From: Octopus sinensis
Taxonomy: Eukaryota
Assembly: GCF_006345805.1 (NCBI RefSeq)
Contig: NW_021833277.1
Span: 16,198 to 80,197 of the forward strand
DNA length: 64,000 nt
Direction: 5' to 3'
Shown here: positions 27,501 through 40,576 of the stretch, in pieces
Layout: each line of letters starts with the position of its first letter
How positions within the stretch are numbered: position 1 is the stretch's first letter
The notes under the pieces: model-generated
The model's database searches: none
What the model saw: only the letters and a program-made list of their open reading frames with translations
Told to the model about the DNA's origin: nothing
Translations under genes and position numbers: made by a program

Positions 27501-29845
27501 AATATTATTCCATGTTGTGAACGAAATTGATTCCCAAAGACATGCTGAATTGTTATTTATTCGCAGATGAGACTTCCGATTCCTTGGGTGAAAAGGCAAT
27601 CAGCTTTGTTCAGGAGATCTGGTCCCGGATTTGATAAAGATAATAGAGGCTGATTCTTTTTCTATTCCCCAATACAGAATTTTATTATATGGGTTGAATT
27701 GGAACACCACAGGGGGACTACCTATCTCCAGTTTTATTCATCATATACCTGGAGTCTACTGAAAGCTCTCAGAACTATTTCTGGAGAATTAATGCCAATT
27801 GAATTATATGATACAGACTTTGTGTCAGAAAAAGATCTTTAACTTGTTTATGAAAAAAATTCATAACGAATTTAAGAACTGGTCCCTGCACGTTAATGAA
27901 GAAGTTCGATTTGTCTGTTAATGTGGCGAGTGAGTTGTCGTACTCACCCATAATGCAGAAACAACAACCCATCAATGTCATATTCTACTCATTATTGGCA
28001 TGCTTATGCTGTACACTGACGGCACAGGTTTGGGGGGTGGAGTGCATCTTCGTGCGATGGATCTGGTCGAGAATGTGTCTCCGGCAGTCGATAGAATTAA
28101 ATTAGCATTTCGGACTTGTCCTTCAAGCTTAGGCCCATGCTTGGGTTTTTTATTTGGAAAATATTAGATTAGGGTTTATTTAAATGAAATTGACGATTGA
28201 ATGTTAAATAATACTGTTCACAATAAAAGCAAAATTGTCGAATTTAGGATTCACAATTATATTACAAATAAAAAATGTATTGTCTTTTTTATTTGTGTTT
28301 TTGGATCTTTCTTTGATTTTTAATATGAAAGAATTAAAAATTGATTTATTTTGAAAATCCGGGTTTTAATGTTTAATTTAAATGTATTAGTAATTCATGT
28401 CGTTGTTTTGTATTGTTAATGTATTTCAAACAATTTTTCTAATACGTGAATTTTAGGTTGCTGATTAAAATGCACTAAATATTTTAGCGCATGTTTAAAC
28501 AAGGCGAGTTTAATTTATATTACTTATTATGTCATTTTTGCAATTTATATTAAGTAAAAATTTCATTACTGATCGATCGAATCGAGGTTTTCTTTTGAAA
28601 TTTCTATAAAATAAAAATAAATTGTTTAACTAAATCTCCAAAGAGGCTAATCCGATATTTGTTTTTATAATCTTTTTTTTATTAAATCGTTTATTCTCGA
28701 GAACACAAATGGTCACATCCATCCATAATTGTTCGATTTAATTCTTTTAATAGCCATTTTCTTATACACGTTTACATCCTGATTTTAACTAAGTCAAAAT
28801 TAGTCAATTTAAATTTGATTAACTTTTTTGAAGTTTATTTACTGTCGGAACAAATTACTTGTTTTCTGACAAACATTTTATTTTTGATATCAAGTGAAAA
28901 TTCAAATCACCGCCCACATAATTTTGGTTCTTATATTAAAATAAAAAAGCTCAAACATTATCTAGAAGAAATAGTTGATAAGATGCTAGCGCCTTATCAA
29001 AAGTAGCGTTAATGCCAGTTGTCAATGTAACACCACAGAAAGGTGGAATCTTCAATTATGATAAACAAATGAAATTCAGTCTCAAAAACCAAAAAAAGTG
29101 CAGATCCTGCAATACAGAAAAGTATCCAGGATGTAAATAATAAAAAACCAACTTACTTTTTGACAAACTCGAGAGAGACTCACCCCCAAAACCAGAACTA
29201 ATCAGGATAATCTTTATAAATACCCTTCTCTCAGACAACGAGCACCAGCTGATTGGTTAACCAGCGTCATTAAGATGAATTTTTGAGTAATAAATAAACT
29301 AATCTTTCTGCAATTAGAAAAAACATATTCTGCCTAAATGAGTTCACAGTCTCAAAAATACCAATTTATAGTACAGAATCGAGAAAGTCCTAATAACTGT
29401 AACTCGTTAAAAAATAAGCCAATCAAGGATGGACTACTCTGAATAACGCGTTTAAGAACAAACCAAAAATACTGATAAAATCTAATTCCGTTAATAACTA
29501 CCGACTTGTGTATCTTGTTTTTAATATTACTTAACCAATTTGATAATCAAAAGTCATTCGAAAACACTTAGTATAATTTTAATCATTACGAAGTTTTAAA
29601 ATTCGGGTACATTTTCATCCAGACACGAGTTCACTCAAAACAACAAAAATCTTAAAAATAAATAAAATCGACTAGAAGCAATATGACATTAAAACTGTGA
29701 AAGTTTCTTTTTTAAGCCCGGGTTTTTATTTATGAGAACTATCAGGTCAAAAACCACAGAAAAGCAATTTTTACTTCATGGACCAACAGAGTAGGCAATC
29801 TTGGAGACTCTTGAAATAATTCAGCTTAGTGTTTGACTAATGAAA

Positions 29846-31314
29846 TTATTATTATTATTAGCACTGTCATAGGAACATAATGTAATTTAAACTAATTAAG
29901 TTCCCACATGTGCCACATATGAGACTATCTTTTCGGTCATAATTTTCCATGATGTGCGGTTGTATGCTATACTCCTGAGAGTATCTAGGTCGTCTCCATT
30001 TTTCAGTTGTCTTTTAACGCGTTGTAGTTCTTTTGAGATTACAATAGGTAATGTATTTCGTGGGCGTCCTCGGGACGCAGATCTTTCGTCCTTTGCGTAA
30101 TATGATTCCATTGCCCAGTTAGCATAAACATCCTGGTCGAGTCTTAGAATGTGGCCCAATAGGCGCCAACGTGCTTCGGTAATGTCCACACTGACGGGTC
30201 TGCTGTTGCAGATATTGTATAGGGTGGAGTTCTTGATTTTCTTTGGCCAGTTGATGCCAATAAGAATTCTTAACTGTCTTCTATGGAATGCATCAAGAGA
30301 TTTTGATTCAGACTCAGATATTCCCCATGTTCCTCCGTTGTACAAAAGTATGGGTTTAATAAAAGCATTGTATAATTTGGCACGTAAGGCCGTTCCAACC
30401 TCGCGGTTTCGTAGCCAAGTGGTCCGCAGTTTGTTAAGTGCAACAGTCGATAGCATCTTTCTCCTCATAATGTCTTCACTATCTCCTAAAAGAGTTCCAA
30501 CTTTTTTCGAGTTTCGCCATTTTTCGTCTGTTCTATTTGCCTCCCGGTTGATTGTTACATATTCGGTTTTTTCTATGTTCACTTTTAAGAACCATTTTTC
30601 CAGTGCCTGGGGAGCAATGTTCAGCAGTTCTTCGAGTGTCGACTTATCATGAGACAAAAAGTCTACATCGTCGGCATATATCACTTCAGTTATTGAAGTA
30701 GTCTTCACTAGTTTTCTCAGATCTCTTAGTGCCGCTTCAAGATAGACAATGAATAGTACAGGTGATATTGAATCACCTTGGGGCGTTCCAATGCTTGTTT
30801 TGAAAGATCTTGATTGTACGGGTCCGATCTTCACCGTTAACTCGGTGTCTATAAGTAGTGCTCGAACCATTCTGATCGAGTCATTGTCAAGAATAGTTTT
30901 GAGGATCTCCATTAGCTTGTCTCTGCGGATTGTATCAAATGCCCTGCTCATATCAATGCCCATATTGTGGTCGCCATTTTAAATTTCTGAGATATGGCAC
31001 AGATCCATCTATGTCCCCATACTACATCTGCAGTTGATCGCCCAGGCCTGAATCCACTTTGGCTAGCCGACAGATATTCATTAACAGGGTCCTTAATACG
31101 TTCCAGTGTTACGAGCGAGAAGATTTTCCTTATTGTGTTCAAGAGTATGATTGGGCGAATGTTGTTAAGAGGACCTTGCGGCTTGTTGGGTTTTTGGAGA
31201 GGAATTAGCGTTCCTTTCCCAATAGGCGGTATGGTATTTCCATGGAACATCTCGTTCAGGAGATTTGTGATTATAGTTGAGATCTCCATTGGGGAGTACT
31301 TTATCAATTCACCG
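29846..31314 (-). mobile_element. 5'-truncated RTE-clade LINE with (TAA)n tail and 13-bp TSD
   Basis: RT motifs RPIILLN, QSGFRPGRST, IDMSRAFD, PQGDSISP, YADD, and RGRPR; one frameshift near 30960. TSD TTGACTAATGAAA at 29833-29845 and 31315-31327. Confidence 0.92.
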
Positions 31315-31440
31315 TTGACTAATGAAAGAAGAGATAAAAACAATTTTTTTTCTTTTTCAAAGCAAATAACTAAAATTAAATTTTTGTGAATATTTTTTAA
31401 TCAAATATTTAAAATAAAATTCCCTTATTCTTGTTGTGGT

Positions 31441-32469
31441 ATGGAAAATTCAACAGAAGATTGTCTAAACAATTGTTTGGAGTCTGACCAGTCAAACAAA
31501 ACCTCAGACAGCCAGACTAACCTCAAAATCACATCATTCAACTACAAATCACCCCTCAGTCGGGAAGATAGGCAATTAATAATATCACATTTTAGTACTC
31601 GACATATTCTTGTAGACACACAAAACGACGGTTTATTTAATAAGATAATCTTTTAGACACAAACCTGATCCAAGTATGAGGGCATTAAGCATTTCTGTAG
31701 TCCCCAAAGCCCCTCTCCAGCTCAATATTCCGGGATTTTGACCCTCTCCACATTCCTACTCCAGAAAATGGCGATCCTTTTATAGCTTCCAGCACAAACC
31801 TCAATTCGATAGAATTTCCCGCCATTTCTGACTTCCCGGAGCAGTCTCCTGAGGTGAATGTCCCTAAAAGGACTCTGGCAGACCAGCTTTTAGCACTGTA
31901 TAAATCAACGACCCTTGAAATTATGGGTTTGGAGTTTTTTTGCCAAAAAATAGACAAATATGAGTCGGAGGTTGCGAAATGGCGAGAATCTGAGCTCAAT
32001 TTGAAGAAAAACGTGGAATGTATGAAGAATGACTACACGGCACTGGAAGCCTCATTTCATAACCTCCACGACCGATTTGAGAAGGCTCGTGGTCTCCTGG
32101 TAGAGTCTGAGCAAGTTTGGGAGAGGGGTCTATTCGATAGGCTCGGTCAGAACTGGAGTCGACGAATGGCTTGTTGAACAAAGAAGTAGAAAAACTGACA
32201 GAAAAATATAATTTGTTGTTGGAGAAGGCGCAGAATAAGCTTGAGGAGTTAGGATGGGTGTATTATGGTTGTAGGGCTAATTCGGCTATTTGTGAAATGG
32301 GCAATCAACATAGCACTGATGTGGCTGCTGTCGAGGAAAATTATCGCAAGATTGAGATGAAGAATGCCTATTTGGTGAGTTGTCTCAATGCCAAGGTTTT
32401 CTGATTTTCAAATCTCAGGAAGCCGAGTTGGCCCAAATAAAGACAATTTTTAACCAATATATGACCTAA
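31441..32469 (+). CDS. TACC: TACC-domain (transforming acidic coiled-coil) protein, multi-exon
   Basis: DYTALEASFHNLHDRFEKAR..KYNLLLEKAQNKLE|ANSAI..LNAK|EAELAQIKTIF follows the C-terminal TACC domain pattern. Confidence 0.75.
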
Positions 32470-32486
32470 GTTCATTCTGTTTTAAA

Positions 32487-33420
32487 TGCTTTTCTATAAT
32501 TCGTTCATGTATCTTTAATGGAGAGTGGATAGCTTTTAAATACCCAAAGATTTAGTAAAGAGTCGCGGATTTGATAATGAAATTACACAAAGAACAAAAA
32601 ACTATATCAGAAGAGGGTTAGAACAAGTTTAATATTAGTAAAATTAAAAAATGTAATTATTCGGTGTCGATCATGAATTTATCATTAATGTTAATTAATT
32701 ATCATATTTAACGGCTGTTTAAAATGATTGAATATCTGAAATAAATTTTTCATTATGAATGATAAAAAGAGAATAATTATTAATCTAACTAATTTTTTTG
32801 ATTTTTGCTTTGATAAAATAGTTTGACTTGAATAAGACACAATTTCAATGGATAACTCTCAAATGCGTATTTAGTTGACTAAAAACACAATTTCATTTCA
32901 GTATCTTGCTACTAATGGGAGAGTGGATAGTTTTTAAATGCCCATTCAGTTCACTTGAATGAGACAAAATTTGTCTATTTTGTTGACCAAAATGATACAC
33001 AATTTCATTCAACTATCTTACTACTAATGGAAGAGGATAGCTCTCAATAAATGCCCATTTAGTTGACTAGAATAGCACACAAGTTGCCTATTTAGTTGAC
33101 TTGAATGAGACACGATTTCATTTAAGTATTTTACTACTAATGGGAGAGGAGAGCTCTCAATAAATGCTTATATAGCTGACTTGATTGAGACACAATTTTA
33201 TTCAACTATCTTGCTTTTCTATAATTCGTTATTCGTTCATGTATCTTTAATGGAGAGTGGATAGCTCTCAATAAATGCCTATTCAGTTCACGTGAATGAG
33301 ACAAAATTTTGTCTATTCAGTTCACTTCGGACTCTCCTTCCTACTCTCGATTAGTCACAACTAATGGGAGAGGATATCTCTTATGCCTATTTAATTGACT
33401 AGAATGAGACACAATTTGTT
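32487..33420. repeat. Degenerate mosaic tandem repeat between the 3' ends of TACC and WDR33
   Basis: Recurrent modules CTAATGGGAGAGTGGATAGCTCTCAATAAATGCCTATTTAGTTGACT and GAATGAGACACAATTT, roughly 6-9 imperfect copies. Confidence 0.8.
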
Positions 33421-33495
33421 TATTTTGTTACCGAATATACAAAAACTAATAAGGACGGTCATTGAACTCTCCCAGGTTGCTTTGATGACTGTCAT

Positions 33496-35086
33496 CTACA
33501 ACATTATAAACAATCCAAACAATAATCCCCACGAAACTGGCCATAGTTCATTCCATCTATCATATAAACACAAATAAATACACGAAGGACCAGAAAAGCG
33601 AGAACCAGATGGCCGACTGTAAACAGGAACCGGCCTCCGAGGAACCTCGAGTGGCTCAGTCCCCTCCAAACCAGGTATTTTCCCCACATATTTACAATTT
33701 TGCATATCACTGAGAATAGTCAGCACATCTGACTCTCCTTCCTCCTCTCGATTAGTCCCTCCATTGGCCACAAACTCAAGCTGAGATTGATCCCCAGGCT
33801 GATAACGCGTCCAGAACTTAATAGAATGGTCATTCGACCCAGAAACAAGCAAATGGCCAAGAGGATGCCACGACAGTGACCACACAGTACTGTCATGGGC
33901 GTCCTGCACCACCCCAATCTCCTTCTCAGTCCCCACCGACCAGTAGAAAATAGACCCATCATTCCCCCCACTCGCAAATACATCCCCATAAAGCGGATGC
34001 CACTCCAATACTACAACTCCCCCAATAAGGGTACCACTCACTTCCTTCTTGTGCCCCACAAATGACTGAATTGGCACACTCAGCTTCCTCGTATCAAATA
34101 ATTTGATCGTCCTGTCCTCCGATCCCGACAGTAGTCGATTCCCGTCCACACTCCACCGGACATGAGTCACCCCTGCCTTATGCACGTGACTAAACCCTCC
34201 TATATATATTTCTACAGTGTCCTCAGACTAGTCTCAGTCCGGGGGTCCCAAAACTTGATTGGACGTTGGGAATCCCTACTTCCGGAGACGAGGAGCCCCA
34301 TTTGAGGGTGCCAATCCACGGAGGACACATCCGCTCCGTGTTCTACACTCCCCATACCACGGAATACCACGGAATATCCTCTCTTCTCGACAGGATATGA
34401 AATCCCAGACCCTCACTGTCCCATCGTTGGAGGAGGAGGCGAATTTGACGTCGTTGGGGGAGAAGGACAGTGATCTGACTGACTCCTTGTGGGCCTGGAA
34501 CATTTTTACGTTGTTCATGTTGGGCTGCCAGTATTTAAGGAAGCCCAGACTGTCCCCCGAGACCAGCCAGTTGTCGTTGTGACTCCACGCCATTGCCTGA
34601 ATTGCCTCATCGTGGGCCTACTGCTTTAAAATATCACCAACTTGCAAAATTGTCTCGAAATTGAAAACCAGGCCATTCCAGAGGGTGAATTCTCCACTGG
34701 CCGAGCCTGTGGTCAATCTCCGGCCATCGGGAGTCCACTAGTCATATTTAGCCCACTGACCATGACAGTGTAGATTGGACACCTCTTCTTGTTGGTGGCT
34801 TGTTTGACAAATCGAGTGCACGTGACTGAGACTGCACTGGATAGAGAAGGGCAGGGCTTTCTTGTCTGGTTGTTTTATTTGTTTTTATTACTTGGAAGGC
34901 GTATAATTCGTTTGGTTGAATGCACTGCTTTCTTCGGCCTGGGAATTTTGAGATGTGTCTGTTTTGTACATAGTAGAGGGCAGAGGAGTTATAGTCGATT
35001 GTTTTACGGTATAATGACTTTCTTAAACGTTTTCCGTCGAAGGTCAGTTTTACGTTTGGCCGGGAAATGGAATCTTCTGTTATCAT
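33496..35086 (-). CDS. WDR33: WDR33/Pfs2 polyadenylation factor (3' end approximate)
   Basis: [43 protein letters not shown]|[39 protein letters not shown]. Confidence 0.95.
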
Positions 35087-35302
35087 TTTTTTGTTGTACC
35101 ACTACGATTAATAAAATTGTTTTATTTATTTTTAATATATTTTATTATTTGTTGTAATATAATATTTACTTTTTACTAATACTTATAAAATTAAATTAAC
35201 ACTTTATTAAAATTTAAAATAAACAATTTTTCTTTATTTTAATGTAGTTATTTTTTACAATAAATAATATAAAGTTAAAAAATTTATATAAAAATTAAAC
35301 AA

Positions 35303-36673
35303 CTAAAATAAAATAAATATATCAATATTCATCAGATGATTCTTGTGGTGCCATCTATTATAGTCACAAAACAAGCTCACTCGAATACAACTGGGACGAC
35401 CCTGAGACCTGATATACAAACTATCAACATGTGATGACTGTCCCCACCCAGTCCCATCAACATCTCTGTGTCCTGCATGATACACAGTCCCCGGAACAAT
35501 CCTCCCAACTTCAACAAAGTCAACAGACTTGACTGACTTAACCATTCTCACAAGCTTGGAGGGAAAATTCCCGACTTGCAAAGTTCTGAGATTCTGCCCC
35601 CTCCACTCATAGTCATCCCTCCAATCAATCACAGCAATACAGTCACGTGCTGTCACCTTCAGCCCCCTCTCCCACCTGTCCTTTGCCTCAACCACTGGAA
35701 TACACATCTACACTCAATATACCACTCATTACATCATTTAGTTGTAGAATTAATGATATAAATGAAGGTCTCTTCCTTGAGACCCAAATCCGCTTAAGGA
35801 TGCCTTCTAAGGGGAAAGGACAGGTGTCGTTCTTAGGGAGTGTCTTCTCTTTGTGTGCCACCAACAATTCTTGGGGACTGAAGCCTTCCCAGGGGGGTGT
35901 TTTATGTGCAAATATTTCCCAAACAGTCACTCCAAATGACCACACGTCACCATCTTTGGTTATTCTAGAACATTCTAGAAGTTCTGGGGCTCGCCAGGCT
36001 GGGTTGTTGAGAGAGAAGTCACATGGGAGGTAATAATCGGTTATTTTGACCACATTTACTGGAGAAAGAAGGACTTGGCTGGCAGAGAGAGAGCCATGGA
36101 TAATATTATTGATATGTAGAAAGGCCATTCCACTGGCTATTTGTCTTGAAAAGTGTAGGAGTCTGTTTATTGGGGGGAGAATAGGCTGATCATTCAGAAA
36201 TTCTCTAAGGGTCCCCCCTTGGATAAATGTGGTGATTATGAGGAGTGGGGATTCGACTGTTAGGCCTATTAACTGGACTAAATTGGCATGTTCCAGACTA
36301 ATGAACATATTTCTGTCCAGTTTTGAGGGTTTTGTGTCAATAGATTTGACTGCCACTCTCATTCCGGCCATAAATCCTTCATGGACAGTCGTGCTCTGTC
36401 CACTGCCGATGAGGCGTGTGTATGTTATGTCCTCATGTGGCACACAAATGACGGAATCAGCAGATGTGGATTGGTTTATTGCTTTTATTAATATTCGTGC
36501 AGAATTCTTGTTTATTCCCACTGATTTGATGAGTTTAATACTCAGTTGAGAATGTCTATTGGTATAAGAGGGTGGGTGTACTCGGAGATTTTACTTTTGA
36601 GAGGATAGTAGTGGTGGAGGAGGCCTAATTTGGCCATTGTGTATTTTAGAGTAGATTTGTCAACTGATGACAT
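35303..36673 (-). CDS. TNK2: Ack/TNK2-family protein (SAM-kinase-SH3-CRIB) with pseudokinase motifs
   Basis: SAM-like LIKSVGINKNSARILIKAI; kinase VAVK..HGSL..ITDYY..DVWSFGVTVWEIF; after a 25-nt intron, SH3 WRGQNLRTLQVGNFPSKLV and CRIB-like VYHAGHRDVDGTGWGQSSHVDSLYI. Confidence 0.8.
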
Positions 36674-36985
36674 CAAGGCACTGATTAGATACCACAAAAT
36701 AGTGTATTTTTTTCGGATTAAGTTTTATTTTATTCTAAATATTGAACAATTTTTTAATTTATTTTTATTTTTAAATAATTTGTTTTTTTGTGATTACACT
36801 TTGTAAATAAATTATAATTTATAACTCACGTGCTGGCTATTTTCATTAAGTCACAGGAAAAACCATTTTTTAATCTACAGTTGAAACTTTCTTAATTTTA
36901 TTCTGAGAATATTTTTTAGTTTATAAAAAAAATATTTATGATGTTTATGAAAACCCAGAAAATTGATATTAGTATATTTTAATGG

Positions 36986-37485
36986 TTAATAGGGTGTTCT
37001 GTTATTATAGTTGTCGGGAATGGAAAAGTGACAAAGTCCTGGTCCTCTGCGGCATTTGTCCTTGTATGACATTCTGTGTTGTTGTACTTTCTATTTAAAT
37101 TCAAAAAATAGCAAAACCTCATAAAATTCGTTCATTTCGGCCATTTTTTTGGGGGACGAATTTAAAAAGTCGAAATAATTTTTAGGGAAATTAGCTTTTC
37201 GAGTGTTTTGTCGTGCTTCCCAAACAAGGTTGGGTCTGTTTGTGAAATACGTGGGAATCGACCCTCCTTTAATACTCCCAGACTCCTCCACGCATTTGAG
37301 ACGATTATAAATAAAATAATCCGCACTTATATTCCCAAATGTATCCCCAAAACGATACTTTGTTGTCGGCACGTGTCCTAGGTAGCTGCCATGGCTTAGT
37401 TAGTTCACATTTACCCCGGCATTTGACTTGGAATGCAGTAAGTGGATTTATAAGTCGTTTCAGCGTTCTTCTTTGCCTCGCACAT
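36986..37485 (-). CDS. CIMIP2C: Ciliary microtubule inner protein 2C (C2orf70/FAM166C)-like, 3 exons
   Basis: Spliced MPG|YLGHVPTTKYRFGDTFG..KGGSIPTYFTNRPNLV..EMNEFYE|KVQQHRMSYKDK is colinear with recalled C2orf70 motifs (PGYQGHVPT, GGHFPT..PNL, NFYQMVQQHR..YQDK). Confidence 0.8.
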
Positions 37486-37599
37486 TATTTACTTATGTTT
37501 CCATGGGTATTCCGATTTATGAAAATAGTCCATTTTTATTAATTTGATAAAAATAAGCTTTTTTATTAAACAGGTTTGGAAAAAATTGTGTGAAATATC

Positions 37600-39045
37600 A
37601 CAAAACTGGAAAGCCTAAACTTTCAATATGGCCGGAATATTTTAACTTCTTGTCTCAAGGAACTGGAAACCTTCAAAAATAATGCACGAATGTGTCTGGC
37701 TGTTTAGAGAAAGAAAAGAAGCTCCAAATTTCAGCTCTCAACCAACAAAGGAACTGTAATATCGTACTCGGGGGAACAGGCGAAGCTTATAGCGGATTTA
37801 TTTTAACAACACTGAGCCAATTTTGTTTTGCTCTGGCTCACTGCGATTCCTGAGGAATATAATCACTTGCCGGAGTTTACAAAGGCAGTTAGCAGGCTTA
37901 AAAACAATCGACGACATCAATGCGAAGCTTCTGAAATACGGACCATTTTAGACCTAATTTCTATAAAATCTTATTCCTTGTCTAAATATAGAAATTTGGA
38001 ACATTAAGAATATACTCAACGATATGTTTGTCACAAACGACTTACTCCTGCTTGGCTCTGGGGTCCTAATTCCTATTTAAAAGTCGGACAAGTCCGTTGG
38101 CCCAGTAGAAAACCTCTGCCCAGTCATTCTGCTGAACTGCCTCAGGAAGATTCTCTCATTGATTGTGCTGGATTGAATCAAGGACAGATTTTTGTCTCCA
38201 AATCACAATGGTTTAAAGAAGGACGTTCAACTGCAGACGTCTGTGGAGTCACCGATGGCGGTTCACAACACACCAAAGATATAAAAAGGCATCAATATGT
38301 CAAAAGCGTTGACTCCATCCGTCGAGATTTACTCATGAAGAGTTTAAACGAAGATGACATCAAAATGATAAGAGTATTACTAACAAAGACGAAACTTGCT
38401 GTTCGTCTTGGAACAACATCGTCCAGACCTTTCCTGACAAATGTGGGAACCTCTCAAGGCGACTTTCTCTTGCCTCTGCTGTTTGTGATCTACTTCAAGG
38501 CTGCCTTGCGAGATTTGAGAAGTCTATATGGTGCAAATCACCAAACTAATTTACGCTGATGACTTTGTGTCGACCGACTATTGGTGATTGCACCTGGAAA
38601 ATGGTTTCTAATTATGAACAAAACCGATGTCACCTTCGAATAGCCAGCTTATGGAGACTGTCGAAAAAGCTTGGCTCACTGCTTGGAGACCGGGAGAACA
38701 TAATGCGCAGAAGAACTCTGGACGCTGCTGGTATAAAAACCGTCATAAAAAACTGGCTAAGAAATTGACCTCTCACTACGCTCAGAATCTACAATGCCTT
38801 TGTAAAACCCGTCTTAATGTATAATTCATCTACATGGGGCATTTCTGATACCGAACTAAGGAACAAACTGACGGCTGTTCTGCAACATGAAAAACCCTAA
38901 ACAATTGCGATGATCTGGACGAACTCTGCAGACAGGCCCAAATCCGCAGAAAGCGGAAAACGGTGGTTAAGCAGGTCGTATCATATGTGGCACGTGAATA
39001 TGACTTATTCTGTTCTTGTTCCTATGGGAAGTGCTATAACAACAA
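37600..39045 (+). mobile_element. Heavily decayed RTE-clade LINE, same family as 29846-31314
   Basis: PVILLNCLRK, GRSTADV, SQGDFLLP, YADD, KKLGSLLGD, YNAFVKPVLMYNSSTWG with many frameshifts. 3' end motif TGTTCCTATGGGAAGTGCTATAACAAC. Confidence 0.85.
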
Positions 39046-39243
39046 TGGCACGTGCTAAAAATTCATATGTCAAAAATAAAAAAATTGTCCTAATTTGTTG
39101 GTATATGGTATACAATGATACAAAAAAAGAACAAAACACAAAAATAAGATTCTATCTCTCCCCCTTATATCTCCTGTCCAAAAATCACCAAGTCCTCTCA
39201 AAAAATAAAAAACAAATAAGAGCATAATAATCAAACAAACAAA

Positions 39244-39878
39244 TTAGACATTTTTATCACGATTTGATTGCCAAATAAAGATCCTGCTCATATTGACTTC
39301 CAGAATAGTCTTCTGGTCCTGAATATAGTTGAGCCGCTCATCCAACTTGGCAATCTGTCTGAGTGCTTCCTTATAGTTCTTGTCTAAAAATGCTTCTGCC
39401 TCATCCAACTCATATTCCATCATTATATTCGCCTGCATCCTTTATAACACATTTATACTCCCAGCAGTAAATACACACTCGATACTGAGCTTATTCGAGC
39501 CTTCGAATAGACCTGACTACAAAGCAGATAACTGCACGTGAGATCCTCGTCTCCACTCAGCGTCTTTAGGTGTCTTACTGAGTCCAAGGAAGCCGTAAAG
39601 TCGGGGATTTGTTTCAGGTAACTTGATATTGAGAATCAATGATTTAAACCGAGATTTGCTTAGAGAAAAGTTTGATTCGATGTATCTGAATTTCCTGTGT
39701 AGATCTTGGAATCGTTCGAGTGCTCCTTGTGCGTCCCCTTTATTGAGTTCCATGAAGGAATCTACGTCTTCCTGGAATAAATTTGGAAATTTATTTTTTA
39801 TACCACAAATTCGGCTTTTATAAAATGATCAAAATTGTCTGGATTTTTGCTGATAGTTCCATTACCGTTTTCTGACAT
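39244..39878 (-). CDS. VBP1: Prefoldin subunit 3 (VBP1), multi-exon
   Basis: IKAEFV|EDVDSFM, LHRKFRYIE, VYLLLG|ANIMMEYELDEAEAFLDKN, IQDQKTILEVNMSRIF. Confidence 0.92.
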
Positions 39879-40576
39879 TATTTCGAACAACTACGCACAA
39901 CAACTGAAACTCAGGTTTTTAATTATGTATTTAAAAATATTAAAGATAATAAAAAACTTCAAATATTAACCATAGAAAAAAAAATAGAAAAATTATTCTG
40001 ATTCTTATTGTTTTTAATATCTACTTCACCCCCCACAGTAAGCCATCACTACAAACTTGCTACAAAGCCTCTGGGAATCAGTTCTATTAGAATTTAGTAT
40101 TAATCGGGCTCATAATGACAGAGTTGTTAACTTTTCTTATTAGCAGTGCTTACTGACTTTGTCCCAATATAATACTTGATATGTGGTTTAGAAATTTGAT
40201 CAAATAATTTTTTGTGTCTTTTTGGAATATTTAAATGTTTCTTTTTTGGGTGAATTCGAGAATTTCCCTGAGAAATTTGTATTTTTATTTAAAAAATGGC
40301 GGATTCGAGAGAGTTTATTGCATTCAAATATTTCATTTTTTGTTTTAGTTAATAAAAAACGCCAAAGAATTATTTAACCCTCATAATTTCTATTTATGGA
40401 CAATGAATAAGATTTTATGGAAATTTGGTCTAAAAATGAATTGTACATAGAAAAATAAAACAAAATTGTAGTAAAACCGTTAGTAAAATCGTATAAAATA
40501 AAATAGTTTTGCTAAGCCTAGTATTGCATAGCACATTAGTGGTGAGTGTGATCCATTTGAAACTACAGAAATATTA

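Noticed and set aside
32487-33420. CRISPR-like array
   Set aside because: Eukaryotic context, degenerate abutting modules, no unique spacers and no cas genes.
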